Positions 19,897-29,936 of a stretch of 64,000 nt of DNA are shown here, in pieces. The stretch comes from a virus, in IMG/VR virus record IMGVR_UViG_3300019124_000038, positions 32,001 through 96,000 of that record; one strand, given 5' to 3'. Numbering within the stretch: the first letter of the stretch is position 1; each line of letters begins with the position of its first letter. The position numbers were made by a program, and so were the translations under genes. Below the pieces are notes generated by a model that was given only the letters and a program-made list of their open reading frames with translations, was not told where the DNA came from and ran no database searches.

Positions 19897-20997
19897 ATGC
19901 TTCAACCACGACAACTATTGTCGCAAGCCAATCTAAATACGGCGTTCATCTCTAGGTCGGATACAGCAGATCAGTCCGTTGCAAGTAACTTGCAAGTTGG
20001 TGGCGGTCGCATTACGCTCAAAAATTCGATTCTAAGCGATAGCTCTAGTGCTAGTTACATGCAGATCAACCCGCAGGGAAGTCTTTTGATCGTGTACGAT
20101 GGCGTTACAGATATGGACTTACGGGTTTACTCACGAAGCGGTACACAGTATCTTAGCATGAAGACTTACGGCGGTACTGATCCTTTTGGTCAGATTGAAG
20201 CCAACGGCGTAAATCGGCTAGAGATCAACACGGCAAACAACTTGCCAGTAAAGTTCGGCTCAGGAATGATTACAACATCTGGTGCTGTAAAGATCAATAG
20301 ATCAAGCGATCATATCCAGCTTGCAGATGGACTAGGAAACGCAAAGTACCGTATGCAGTTTAATGAATCATCTGGTAGGTTTGACATTTCCGAAGTCGGA
20401 ATTGGGTTTCCATTCAAACTTGAAGCAGGACTTGTGGCCAAGACTGCAAACAACACACTTGACGCTGGTAATGGCGATATGGTGGTTTCTGGTCACATGA
20501 CCATTGGGAAGAACCTATATCTCTCGCCAAGCCACAATGTCAAAATGAACGGCACAGCCGATAACCAAGAGTGGAGTTTTGACCTGATGAACCAAAATAC
20601 TTACGCGGGCAATTACTGGCAAGTTTGGTCTGACAAAAATAGTCGAACGGTTCTGGCAGTTACAGGCGACACGGAGAGAGTGGGTGTGGGCACATTCCAG
20701 CCAGCCGCAAAATTTCACGTCAATGACCCAGTTGCGCTTGGTGGAAATGTTGGCAATAAGCGAGATATTGCTGTGTTTGCTATGCCAGTGCAGAACTACC
20801 TCCAGATGAAAGTACAGGCTGTCCGAACGGCGGCAGGAACAGATTGGACAACAGCCGATCTTGTCATCCAGCGAACAACAGATACTACCGATCAAGCAAG
20901 CATTACTCTGGCGGCTGATAATTCAGTTAAAACAAACGCTAAGTTCGTACCGTATCGAATGGTGCTTCCAGTTGGCGCAAATATGTACGCAACTTAA
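19897..20997 (+). CDS. Tail fibre-like protein
   Basis: Beta-rich, RVGVGTFQPAAKFHV fibre motif; last gene of tail module. Confidence 0.55.
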   Translation: MLQPRQLLSQANLNTAFISRSDTADQSVASNLQVGGGRITLKNSILSDSSSASYMQINPQGSLLIVYDGVTDMDLRVYSRSGTQYLSMKTYGGTDPFGQIEANGVNRLEINTANNLPVKFGSGMITTSGAVKINRSSDHIQLADGLGNAKYRMQFNESSGRFDISEVGIGFPFKLEAGLVAKTANNTLDAGNGDMVVSGHMTIGKNLYLSPSHNVKMNGTADNQEWSFDLMNQNTYAGNYWQVWSDKNSRTVLAVTGDTERVGVGTFQPAAKFHVNDPVALGGNVGNKRDIAVFAMPVQNYLQMKVQAVRTAAGTDWTTADLVIQRTTDTTDQASITLAADNSVKTNAKFVPYRMVLPVGANMYAT

Positions 20998-21054
20998 TGG
21001 AGGGGCAACCCTCCTGAACGTGGGGGAAATTCTAAGACGAAAGGGTGAGTTACG

Positions 21055-21333
21055 GTGTTGGATGCTGTTCTACAGGCGATTCAGCCTATCACAGAATTGA
21101 TTCAAACTTTGGGTTTTCCAACTGCGGTGGCTATTTGGGCACTCTGGCGAATCGACAAGTTCTTCGCTCGGGGCGATAGCTTTCAGACTTCTCTTGACAA
21201 CCTTCAAGAGTCAGTAGATGAATTGCACGTTCTCGTCGAAAAGAACACTGAAATTCAATTTGAGCTGGCGACAACACTTCGATTGCTTATGATGACTCGT
21301 AACTTACATGGTGGTGAAAAAGATGATCGTTGA
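21055..21333 (+). CDS. YvrJ-like membrane protein, putative holin
   Basis: LGFPTAVAIWALWRIDK TM segment followed by coiled coil; upstream of endolysin. Confidence 0.55.
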   Translation: MLDAVLQAIQPITELIQTLGFPTAVAIWALWRIDKFFARGDSFQTSLDNLQESVDELHVLVEKNTEIQFELATTLRLLMMTRNLHGGEKDDR

Positions 21334-21553
21334 GCTGATGTATTTCGGGCTAGGATTCTTGTTCGCTCTGGCATTTAAGTACGAAGTCGATCAACGCAAG
21401 AGTGCGCGTAAGATCGCCAAGAGAGCAGGGTATATCCGTACTGTCGCTTCCAGCAATAAAGTGCAGGAAAGTGACGATGTGCTTGCTACCATTCGGCACA
21501 TCAATGAGGGCTTGTCGGCTCTTAACAACAACCAAGGCAAAGGGGCGCGATAA
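21323..21553 (+). CDS. Small membrane protein of lysis cassette
   Basis: N-terminal TM helix then basic stretch; ATG 21323 has RBS GGTGGTGA. Confidence 0.5.
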   Translation: MIVELMYFGLGFLFALAFKYEVDQRKSARKIAKRAGYIRTVASSNKVQESDDVLATIRHINEGLSALNNNQGKGAR

Positions 21554-21556
21554 GAG

Positions 21557-21865
21557 ATGTTCCTGCTTCTCATTTATGCTGTTTCTGCAATTGCTTGGGG
21601 CTTAGTTTTCTGGCAATTGAGTAAAACGGTATTTCACAACAACAAGCATGGCTTAGAGAATCCACCTCTTTTGATTCCTCTCGCCATTGCAACCTTCGCC
21701 ATTTTAGTAGAGAGTATCTACTTCGGCGGTAGTGCGTACTTTATTTTTTTCGGTCATCAAGACTTATTAGAGCTAACAATTCAACAAGAAAATTGGATGA
21801 TTCCAAAGCTACTCATTGCATTCAGCGGAATCCTCCTTTTCTTCAAGTTGAAAAAATCTAGCTAA
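21557..21865 (+). CDS. Three-TM membrane protein, putative holin/antiholin
   Basis: Three hydrophobic segments, basic C-terminus KLKKSS, immediately before endolysin. Confidence 0.5.
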   Translation: MFLLLIYAVSAIAWGLVFWQLSKTVFHNNKHGLENPPLLIPLAIATFAILVESIYFGGSAYFIFFGHQDLLELTIQQENWMIPKLLIAFSGILLFFKLKKSS

Positions 21866-21885
21866 TCTGAGGAGGGCACAGCAAC

Positions 21886-22605
21886 ATGTCAAAATATCGT
21901 ATTTGCGTAGATGCGGGGCATGGTGGCAAGGACTCGGGTGCGGTCGGGAATGGTCTTTTAGAAAAGAACCTTAATCTGATCGTTTCACTAAAACTTTCGG
22001 AAATTCTCAACAAAGACGACCGCTTCGAGGCAATCCTTACTCGTTCAACAGATGTGTTTGTAGAGTTGAGTGAACGCGCTCGTATTGCGAATAACTTTAG
22101 GGCGCACCTTTTTGTATCTGTGCACTTCAACGCCTACAACCAGAAGGCATTCGGGGTAGAGGTTCTGGACTACAATGGAACTGGCTTAGGTCGCGTAGTT
22201 GGACAGGCTTTTGTTGACATTCTTGAAAAGGAACATGGAGCATTTGATCGTGGTATACGAGCTACCCATAGTGCCTTTGCTGTCATCCGTGAAACTAAGT
22301 GCCCTTCCATTATTACAGAGAGTGCGTTCATCGACAATCCTTTGGATATTCAGAAGTTCGATGAGCCACATGAACTTGCGATTCTGGCATATGACCACTA
22401 CCGAGCTATTTGCGCGGGCTTCGGTGTTCAAGCAAAATCAGAACTGCACCCGAACTACAAGGCTCCCGAGCCAGCGTACGATCATGCAAAAGCCCTCTCA
22501 CAAGCGGCGGCACAGAAACTTGGACTCTCTGACCCTGCATATTGGGAGGAGCGCATCCGTAAAGATCAGTACATCCAATGGTTGTTTGAGAAGATCGTCA
22601 AGTAG
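21886..22605 (+). CDS. Endolysin, N-acetylmuramoyl-L-alanine amidase (Amidase_3)
   Basis: DAGHGGKDSGAVG, EK.LNL, LSERARIAN, FVSVHFNA, ITESAFIDN. Confidence 0.92.
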   Translation: MSKYRICVDAGHGGKDSGAVGNGLLEKNLNLIVSLKLSEILNKDDRFEAILTRSTDVFVELSERARIANNFRAHLFVSVHFNAYNQKAFGVEVLDYNGTGLGRVVGQAFVDILEKEHGAFDRGIRATHSAFAVIRETKCPSIITESAFIDNPLDIQKFDEPHELAILAYDHYRAICAGFGVQAKSELHPNYKAPEPAYDHAKALSQAAAQKLGLSDPAYWEERIRKDQYIQWLFEKIVK

Positions 22606-22617
22606 TCTGACTATTCC

Positions 22618-22646
22618 TTGACTATGGTAGAATGTTCTATTATAAT
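22618..22646 (+). promoter_or_regulatory. SigA-type promoter for phoH
   Basis: TTGACT-N17-TATAAT. Confidence 0.8.
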
Positions 22647-22703
22647 ATAGGTGTAGTATAAAATTCGACGGCAACATTGGTCGCTAGGAGTTGAACAACT
22701 AAA

Positions 22704-23654
22704 ATGCTCAGACATTGGGAGCACATCGAAGAAGCGAACGCTGTAGACTATGATCTGTTCCAAAAGCACGGGAGAGCGATCATCCCAAACTGGTCGAAGC
22801 TAACCGATTCTCTGGAGCCAAATACTGCTGTGTTCGTTGTTCCAGAAGGCGGTGGAAAGCGACTGGAGGGCATCTATGATAAGTCGGCTGGAGGAATCCG
22901 CCCACTGTTCCGATCAGATGCACCTAACCGTGATCTTCGGCTTTATATTGACGCTCTCAACAATCCGAATATCACGCAGATTGCGGTTGACGGACTCATG
23001 GGAACAGGTAAGACCAGCACAGCCATCGAGTACCTTGTGGAGAACCATATCCCAAAAGATGTAAGGGTTCCACATAACTTCCAAACAATGGACTGGAAGA
23101 CTTCTGCCGAACGCAAAATGGTAGTAAGAGAAGACCACTATAAGATAATGATCGCGAAGCCAGCAGTTAATGCGGGCGGCGAAGAATACGGGTTCCTGCC
23201 GGGGGATATTGATGAAAAGATCAGCCCAACGCTCAGGAACTACACTCAATACTTTGATCGCTTCCACAATGCAGGGTTCGAGTCGCTTAACCTTATGGGA
23301 TATGTTGAAATTCTTCCACTCGGCTTTATCCGTGGTCTCGATGCCGAAAACATGACAATTGTGGTTGACGAAGCTCAGAACACCAAGGAGCTAATTACGG
23401 TTGGTACTCGGGAAGCTAAGAATGGTCGAATCATTTTCATCGGCGACACTAGCCCGTTCCAGATTGACCTCGAAAGCAATACACCTACACAAAACGGTCT
23501 TGCAGACTACATCGACCTGATGGCTGGAGCAGAATTCTTCCAGTACATCGAAATGAAGTCGCTCGAACACATTGTCCGTTCTCCGCGAGTACGAGAGATT
23601 GTGCGTCGTCTCTTCAACAAGCACGGCTCAAACCCGCGAGAATGGCTTACCTGA
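22704..23654 (+). CDS. phoH: PhoH-family ATPase
   Basis: GLMGTGKT Walker A, GFLPGDIDEK, FIRG, VDEAQN, IGD..QID. Confidence 0.9.
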   Translation: MLRHWEHIEEANAVDYDLFQKHGRAIIPNWSKLTDSLEPNTAVFVVPEGGGKRLEGIYDKSAGGIRPLFRSDAPNRDLRLYIDALNNPNITQIAVDGLMGTGKTSTAIEYLVENHIPKDVRVPHNFQTMDWKTSAERKMVVREDHYKIMIAKPAVNAGGEEYGFLPGDIDEKISPTLRNYTQYFDRFHNAGFESLNLMGYVEILPLGFIRGLDAENMTIVVDEAQNTKELITVGTREAKNGRIIFIGDTSPFQIDLESNTPTQNGLADYIDLMAGAEFFQYIEMKSLEHIVRSPRVREIVRRLFNKHGSNPREWLT

Positions 23655-23663
23655 ATGGAATCG

Positions 23664-23690
23664 GGCAGGGGCGGAATCCCCTGTCTTTTT
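23664..23690 (+). terminator. Rho-independent terminator
   Basis: GGCAGGGG-cggaat-CCCCTGTC followed by TTTTT. Confidence 0.7.
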
Positions 23691-23698
23691 CCATTTGC

Positions 23699-23727
23699 TT
23701 GACAGCTCTATCAAACTTTCTTATAAT
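23699..23727 (+). promoter_or_regulatory. SigA-type promoter
   Basis: TTGACA-N17-TATAAT (consensus). Confidence 0.85.
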
Positions 23728-23762
23728 ACAATTAGAATATAGCACCATGAAAGGAGAATGGC

Positions 23763-24398
23763 ATGAAGTTAGGGAAGAAGGTAGCTACTACATTTGTACT
23801 AGCCAGTACGGTCTTGTCCTACATGAGCATCGCCGATGGGCAAGCACCAGCACCTACCACGGCAGAAGTGGCACGGTTTAAGCCACTCGCGTCTCGAAGC
23901 GGGGAAGTGCTGATGCACCAACAGGAGCAACAGCAGGAGACAAAGCCAGAGGTAAAGGGTCAACCTACGGAGGGCAATTTGGTTACGGCAGAACTTCCAA
24001 GGGAGCAAAAGGTGGGAACACCAGCTCCAACACCAGTTGCACAGCCGCAACCACAACCTGATCCGCCAAAGGAGCCTGAAAAGCCAAAGGAGACATACGG
24101 CGAATGGCAACCATTCGTAGCAACTTTCTACACCCTTAACGAAGGTAGCGGAACAGGTCGCACGGCAACAGGCACAATTCCAACAGCACACCGAACACTT
24201 GCTGTTGACCCGAATAGAATCCCGCTTGGTTCAGTGGTAGAAATCAAATACCCTGACGGTAGTGTGGAACGACGGGTTGCAGAGGATACAGGTGGAGCGA
24301 TTCATGGCAACATTCTCGACGTATATGTTGTTACCGTACAAGAAGCTCTCAGCAGAGGGCGACAGAACGTACAACTTAGAATCGTTCAAACTCCGTAG
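23763..24398 (+). CDS. Secreted 3D-domain protein (MltA-like/YocH-like cell-wall lytic enzyme)
   Basis: Signal peptide, Pro/Gln linker, TATG...LAVDPNRIPLGS...AEDTGGAIHGNILDVY. Confidence 0.85.
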   Translation: MKLGKKVATTFVLASTVLSYMSIADGQAPAPTTAEVARFKPLASRSGEVLMHQQEQQQETKPEVKGQPTEGNLVTAELPREQKVGTPAPTPVAQPQPQPDPPKEPEKPKETYGEWQPFVATFYTLNEGSGTGRTATGTIPTAHRTLAVDPNRIPLGSVVEIKYPDGSVERRVAEDTGGAIHGNILDVYVVTVQEALSRGRQNVQLRIVQTP

Positions 24399-24413
24399 AA
24401 AGGAGAATGCAAC

Positions 24414-25337
24414 TTGATGGTTCCTCTCGATTGGCTCGAACAGATTGAGACGATCAGCACACTACGGGTACTCACGACTTTTTGCAAGAAGGCGAAATCA
24501 GAGGGTTCGATGGTGTTCGACTACCGCCTGACAGATATCTACTCCGATTCTGGACTTGCGAAAAACTCAGCCGTTGATGGGCTAAAAGAACTCTGCGAAA
24601 AGGGGATAATTACCATCGTGGAGCGCGGTAGTGGAAGACGACCGAACCGATTCTCGATTAACTTAGCTGTCTCAGAAGTTGAGCCACAAGATGTAGCTGT
24701 CTCAAAAGATGAGGTATCAAAAGTTGAGACTACTACAGTGCTCGGAGAGTGGAAAAAGTCAGTGGCGGTGCGGGGTCAAGGTAGATCAGAGAAGGAAAGT
24801 GAGATCGCTAATAGTATTAAGGACCTTGATCTTTTTTCTATAAATCTCTATACAATAGACATTAATTCAATGTCAGTGGATAACCCCAACGCTACTCTAT
24901 CAAAGAAAGATATCGGATATTTAGCACAACGAATAGTGCTAGAAATTTTTAAGCCACGCTTATCCATGACGGTGAACGCAAAATGGTTTGGGTATCAAAT
25001 CGGAATAACGAAGCGGCTATTGGCACAATACAGGACTGAACAAATAATTGCGGCTATTGTCTATTGGACAGAGATCAGCGATCAGAAGATCACAAGTCTG
25101 CGCTACCTGACCTACGCAAACAAGAAAGGGACAAGCAAGCTCATGGTTGCTCTTGACTATTTCAAAGCCGAGTACCTGAAACAAGGCGGAGATAATAACG
25201 TAGAAGAGGTTATTGAGCGTATCGTCACTGAAGAAAGCGAAAAACAGAAGCGACTTGAAGAAGAGAAAGCAAGGGTTTCGTCCATGAGTGATGATGACTT
25301 TCTAGATAGTCTTCTTGGAAACATTGGAGGGAAGTAG
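24414..25337 (+). CDS. Putative replication initiator (N-terminal winged HTH)
   Basis: wHTH-like DIYSDSGLAKNSAVDGLKELCEKGII; internal palindromic repeats plus AT-rich tract; upstream of recA/dnaB. Confidence 0.5.
   Translation: MMVPLDWLEQIETISTLRVLTTFCKKAKSEGSMVFDYRLTDIYSDSGLAKNSAVDGLKELCEKGIITIVERGSGRRPNRFSINLAVSEVEPQDVAVSKDEVSKVETTTVLGEWKKSVAVRGQGRSEKESEIANSIKDLDLFSINLYTIDINSMSVDNPNATLSKKDIGYLAQRIVLEIFKPRLSMTVNAKWFGYQIGITKRLLAQYRTEQIIAAIVYWTEISDQKITSLRYLTYANKKGTSKLMVALDYFKAEYLKQGGDNNVEEVIERIVTEESEKQKRLEEEKARVSSMSDDDFLDSLLGNIGGK
24664..24730. repeat. Three iteron-like repeats, consensus GTCTCA-N5-TGAG
   Basis: TAGCTGTCTCAGAAGTTGAG (24664), TAGCTGTCTCAAAAGATGAG (24694), GTATCAAAAGTTGAGAC (24714). 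Confidence 0.65.
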
Positions 25338-26171
25338 ATGTGGACACAGAATAAGCTACGCAAGCTGAAACGGCATTACCCGAACATGGATGATGCTGAG
25401 ATTGCATCAATGCTCAACATGAGCGTTAGGATGATTCAGCGTAAGGCAGAGGAATTAGGGCTGGAGAAAGATGACCAGCCCTCCTTTCATTGGACGAGCT
25501 ATGAGGAAATATGGCTCAAGGACAATCATGGGTCTTGGTCTGACGAAGAAATAGCCTTGATGCTAAATAAGACCGTCGATGGTGTGCGTGAAAAGATCAG
25601 CGAACTTGGTCTCCAGCGTGAAAGTGGATGGACAAACTCACAACTCGATATTCTGGAGCGATTCTATGCATTCACGCCGAATGAGGAGATTGCCAAGTCA
25701 GTTAATAAGAGCAAGATGAGGGTTGAGCATATGGCATTCCGAATGGGTCTTCGTAAAAATCGAACATTCTACGCTAGCCTTACAGATACCGATGAGGAAC
25801 TACTGTTGATTAAGGAGGCCGCCGCTCGATACCACAAATCCATGAACTGCTCCAGAGGACACTATCTGGTTGGCGTAATCCTGAGCTACCTCTACCCGAC
25901 TTTCATCAAGGTGGAGGAGGAGCCAATTGGAGGGTTGCGACTCGATTGGTACATTCCTGAACTGAGACTCGCTTTTGAGTTCGACGGAGTACAGCATTTC
26001 GAGTACAGCGAGTTCTTTCACAGGAACAAGTTTGAGTTTCAGCGGGCACAAGATCGTGACTATCAGAAGTCATTCCTCTGTGAACAAGAAGGAATCGCCA
26101 TTGTGCGTTTCGCATATGACGAAGACCTTACGCCAGCTTTGGTCAGAGCTAAGGTTGAGGAGGTACTGTAG
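25338..26171 (+). CDS. Tandem HTH/Myb-like repeats fused to a DUF559/Vsr-like endonuclease domain
   Basis: Three WT..E...L...Y......EIA..L.K/R repeats; C-terminal LDWYIPELRLAFEFDGVQH...D..K...C...GI. Confidence 0.6.
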   Translation: MWTQNKLRKLKRHYPNMDDAEIASMLNMSVRMIQRKAEELGLEKDDQPSFHWTSYEEIWLKDNHGSWSDEEIALMLNKTVDGVREKISELGLQRESGWTNSQLDILERFYAFTPNEEIAKSVNKSKMRVEHMAFRMGLRKNRTFYASLTDTDEELLLIKEAAARYHKSMNCSRGHYLVGVILSYLYPTFIKVEEEPIGGLRLDWYIPELRLAFEFDGVQHFEYSEFFHRNKFEFQRAQDRDYQKSFLCEQEGIAIVRFAYDEDLTPALVRAKVEEVL

Positions 26172-26193
26172 CCGTCCCTAGTGGGCGGCTTTT
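26170..26193 (+). terminator. Rho-independent terminator
   Basis: AGCCGTCC-ctagt-GGGCGGCT followed by TTT. Confidence 0.65.
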
Positions 26194-26201
26194 GTCACTC
26201 C

Positions 26202-26230
26202 TTGACAGGCACTTATAATACAGTTATAAT
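26202..26230 (+). promoter_or_regulatory. SigA-type promoter for recA
   Basis: TTGACA-N17-TATAAT. Confidence 0.85.
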
Positions 26231-26272
26231 ATAATAGTAGACTGTAACGTAAGGTCAAGGAGGAATTACTGG

Positions 26273-27412
26273 ATGGCAAAAGCACCATTAGAGAAGAATC
26301 TAGCTCTCTCTCCAGAAGAGATCAAGCGACGATTCGAAATGACAATGAAGGGAATTGATAAGGATTTCGGCATGGGAACATGTCAGATTCTCGGTGACGC
26401 GAAACCGATTCCACTTGCGCGTTTCCATTCTGGTTCCTATCGCTTGAACGATGTACTTGGTGGCGGATACCCGAAAGGACGTATCATCGAAATTTCTGGC
26501 CCTGAGTCGTCTGGTAAGACAACCGTTGCACTTCACGCTATCGCCGAAGCACAGAAGTTCGGGTATTGCGTATTTATTGACGCAGAACATGCTCTTAGTC
26601 TGGAATATGCGGCGAAACTTGGGGTAGATGTCAAAAATCTAATCGTAGCACAACCAGACACAGCAGAACATTGTCTTCAGATTGCAGAACGGTGGATTCG
26701 ATCTGGAATTGTCAGTTTAGTCGTTGTTGACTCTGTGGCGGCAATGGTTCCAGAGAAGGAACTTGAAGGGGATATCGGCGACAGCCATGTCGGTCTACTG
26801 GCTCGTCTCATGTCACAAGCACTCCGAAAACTGGCTGGTATTACATTGAAAACTGGCTCGACGCTTATCTTTATTAACCAGCTTCGTGAGAAGGTTGGGG
26901 TTATGTTTGGCAATCCTGAGACTACTTCTGGTGGACGAGCATTGAAGTTCTACGCGTCTATTCGTCTAGATGTTCGCGCCAGAGAAGTCAACAAAAAAGG
27001 CGACGAAGCTGTCTCTCGTACTACGAAGATTGAAGCGAAGAAGAACAAGACTGCACCGCCACTTCGAAGCGTAGAAGTTGACATTGAGTTCGGCGAAGGC
27101 ATCTCTAAAGCGGCTGAGATTCTTGATATCGGTGAAGAGATCGGTGTGGTCAAGAAATCTGGAGCATGGTACTCCTACTACGATGAGAACGGCGAAGAAA
27201 TCCGTGTAGCCCAAGGGCGAGAGAACGCAAAGAAATTCCTTAAAGAAAACGAAGGCGTACTCAACTACATCGAGAGCCGAATCATCGAGGTATACTACGG
27301 TGGTACAGTCGTAGAAGAAGTTCCATTCGAACCTACTGAACTGACGGCTATTGAATCCACTCTTGGAGATGAGGAAGTGCCTACTCCAGCCGAAGAGACT
27401 TTTGAGGAATAG
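26273..27412 (+). CDS. recA: RecA recombinase
   Basis: [65 protein letters not shown]. Confidence 0.97.
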   Translation: MAKAPLEKNLALSPEEIKRRFEMTMKGIDKDFGMGTCQILGDAKPIPLARFHSGSYRLNDVLGGGYPKGRIIEISGPESSGKTTVALHAIAEAQKFGYCVFIDAEHALSLEYAAKLGVDVKNLIVAQPDTAEHCLQIAERWIRSGIVSLVVVDSVAAMVPEKELEGDIGDSHVGLLARLMSQALRKLAGITLKTGSTLIFINQLREKVGVMFGNPETTSGGRALKFYASIRLDVRAREVNKKGDEAVSRTTKIEAKKNKTAPPLRSVEVDIEFGEGISKAAEILDIGEEIGVVKKSGAWYSYYDENGEEIRVAQGRENAKKFLKENEGVLNYIESRIIEVYYGGTVVEEVPFEPTELTAIESTLGDEEVPTPAEETFEE

Positions 27413-27423
27413 GGGGTATTGAG

Positions 27424-27915
27424 ATGAGTTTCGTGCTTAACCAAGTAGAGGAACTGCGTCGAACGGGTATCTACGGAGCGGAGCGTGTTGAATCAAATAC
27501 CATTGCAAAAATCCTTAACATGGCTGAGTGGGAATACTACGATCTCGACCTCTCAACCTTAGAGTCATATCTTGGACTTTTAGCACAGCAAATCTACTTC
27601 TTGCAACAAGAGTGCAACATCTCTGTAGCCAAGGAGATTGAATTAGGGAACGACTTCAAACGGTCGGCTTTACCGCATGTGGTAGGGGCAAAGATTCGTT
27701 CTGTTGAGGAGCGGTGGCTATTTGCCGCTTCCCTCGACGAAGAACTCGCCGCAAAATTCAACGCGTGGCAAAATTCCATTATCGACGCGACACTAAAAAA
27801 GAACTTAGCTGACCCCGTTATCGAGAAGTTAAATGTCTTGAAAAAAATGTATGATGAGCGACGAATGGATGGACGCAACAAATATGTTCATAAACATGCG
27901 GAGGGGAACCAGTAA
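27424..27915 (+). CDS. Hypothetical helical protein (possible recombination mediator)
   Basis: ORF with RBS directly after recA; function inferred from position only. Confidence 0.4.
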   Translation: MSFVLNQVEELRRTGIYGAERVESNTIAKILNMAEWEYYDLDLSTLESYLGLLAQQIYFLQQECNISVAKEIELGNDFKRSALPHVVGAKIRSVEERWLFAASLDEELAAKFNAWQNSIIDATLKKNLADPVIEKLNVLKKMYDERRMDGRNKYVHKHAEGNQ

Positions 27916-28079
27916 TGAAAGATTCAGAAAATACCTGTTTAACATGTCATACAAAAACAGTATATCTTTACGACAAGTGTGAATCGTGTTTTAAAAGCGA
28001 CTGGCGAGAATGCAAAAGTTGCGGCGAGCTGTCTCCATCCTTACTAGGTGGCAGTTGTTCGTCGTGTTGGGGCTATTAA
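27915..28079 (+). CDS. Small double zinc-ribbon protein (54 aa, not in ORF track)
   Basis: MKDSENTCLTC...CESC...CKSC...CSSCWGY, four CxxC; start overlaps upstream stop; RBS GGAGGGG. Confidence 0.6.
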   Translation: MKDSENTCLTCHTKTVYLYDKCESCFKSDWRECKSCGELSPSLLGGSCSSCWGY

Positions 28080-28461
28080 GTAATGGGCATGGGCGAATGG
28101 ATCGACGGCTGTTTCACCCTTATCGTAGTGTGTATCTTGCTGTTTGCATCGGTCTGCTTTGGTTTGGGATATCTGATCGCATCATTCTTCTGAGAGAGGG
28201 AGTGAGGAAATTGAATTTTGAGACAAATGATCTCCGCGCATTAAAAGTAGCACTCGAACTAATGGAAGAAGAGAATGGAACCGTGTGGTACACATATGCA
28301 AACAACGAATACGGTGAACCAGTTTATCTCATGGAACTGCGTCATAGAATCGAAAAGGAAATTGAACAGAGGGCATAGCCCTCTTTCTATTTTATACCTT
28401 GACTTTTCCTATAATTCAGTTGTAATATAAGAGTATCGAACGACGAAATGAAAGAGGGAAT

Positions 28462-29925
28462 ATGATGACTGTACCTTACAACATCCTCAACTTGCCAGAA
28501 GACTTGAGGCGACAGTACGATAGCATTGCTCATGTAGGCGCAGAGCGAGCGGTACTGGGTATCGCGCTTCAAGACCCTGACACGCTGTTCGACATTTCTA
28601 CGGAGATCGAACCCGAAGACTTCACGAACCAATCGAACCGTCATATCTACGAAATCATGCTTACGGTTCTGGATGGTACTATCGCCAACATCGAAAAGGT
28701 CAATGTCTCCGTCATCAACGCGCTTGCGATTCGCTCGGGTCTCCAAGATTCGGTGAACATGCAGTACCTTGAAGCGGTGGCGCGTACCAATGCGGGCGTA
28801 GAGAATATCAAGTTCTTTACTGACCAAGTGAAGCAAGCATCTGTTCGACGCAAGACATTCCTTCAAGCGTATGCTACCATGCAAGACGCAATCACAAAAG
28901 AGGACGAGCCTATCGACAGCTTCGTGGCGCGTCAAGAAGAACGATTCCTTGATATCGTCATCGAATCAAAAGGCGGGAACGATGTAGTCAAGATTGGCGA
29001 TTGCATCGAAATGGTAATCGAGAAACGCGCTTCAACGGTTCGGGAAATTCTCGGTGTACCGACTGGCTTCACGGAGTACGACAAGCAGACTGGCGGTTTG
29101 GTTCCATCTCGGCTGAAAGTAATTGCGGCTCCTGCTAAGACTGGTAAGTCGGCTTGTGCTCTTAATATCGCCAAGAACATTGCGGTAGATCAAGGACACC
29201 CTGTTCTGTATGTGGATACAGAGATGACAACAGAGGAACAGATTGATCGACTGATTTCTATTGTTGCAACGGAATACCTGAACGCACAGGGCGATCCTCG
29301 ACATGTGGCTGAAAGTGAAGTCTCTCGCGGTCTCTTCAAGAATGATCCTGTGAAAGAGAATGCTGTCATGATGGCGAAGGAGATTGTGAAGAACGCTCCT
29401 TTCTACCACATCTACATGCCTGACTTCACACCTGAGAAAGTTCACAATCTTGCTCGTAAGATGCAACGCCAGATTGGTGTCGAATGGAACGGCTATGAGA
29501 ATCAGTTTGTTCTCATCTTCGACTACATCAAGATGCCAGATGCCACGATGGGCAACGGCAATGTATCTGAGTATTTGCTTCTTGGTCAGATCACCAGCAT
29601 GTTGAAGAACAAGACTGCTGGCATGTTGAAGATTCCTGTTCTGGCATTTGCACAGCTCAACCCGCGAACTACTCAAAACGCGGAAGATGTTGACTCTTCG
29701 CACATGTCTGGTTCTAACCGAATCGTCATGTTTGTCAACGAGTTGGCATTCCTGCGGAAGAAGACCCCCGCTGAGATTGAAGCAGACGGGCGGGAAAACG
29801 GGAACATCGTCTTCAAGCTCGGCGAGACCCGAAATGGTGGTTCCTATGTCGGGTGGATTGACTACACCACTTACAGAGGTGTCCCAAAAATGCGAGAAAT
29901 TCGAAATGTCGCAATGGCAGGATAG
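28462..29925 (+). CDS. dnaB: Replicative DNA helicase, DnaB family
   Basis: AERAVLG, GVPTGF..YD..TGG, AAPAKTGKS, DTEM, IFDYI, AQLN. Confidence 0.9.
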   Translation: MMTVPYNILNLPEDLRRQYDSIAHVGAERAVLGIALQDPDTLFDISTEIEPEDFTNQSNRHIYEIMLTVLDGTIANIEKVNVSVINALAIRSGLQDSVNMQYLEAVARTNAGVENIKFFTDQVKQASVRRKTFLQAYATMQDAITKEDEPIDSFVARQEERFLDIVIESKGGNDVVKIGDCIEMVIEKRASTVREILGVPTGFTEYDKQTGGLVPSRLKVIAAPAKTGKSACALNIAKNIAVDQGHPVLYVDTEMTTEEQIDRLISIVATEYLNAQGDPRHVAESEVSRGLFKNDPVKENAVMMAKEIVKNAPFYHIYMPDFTPEKVHNLARKMQRQIGVEWNGYENQFVLIFDYIKMPDATMGNGNVSEYLLLGQITSMLKNKTAGMLKIPVLAFAQLNPRTTQNAEDVDSSHMSGSNRIVMFVNELAFLRKKTPAEIEADGRENGNIVFKLGETRNGGSYVGWIDYTTYRGVPKMREIRNVAMAG

Positions 29926-29936
29926 GGGGAAACTTA

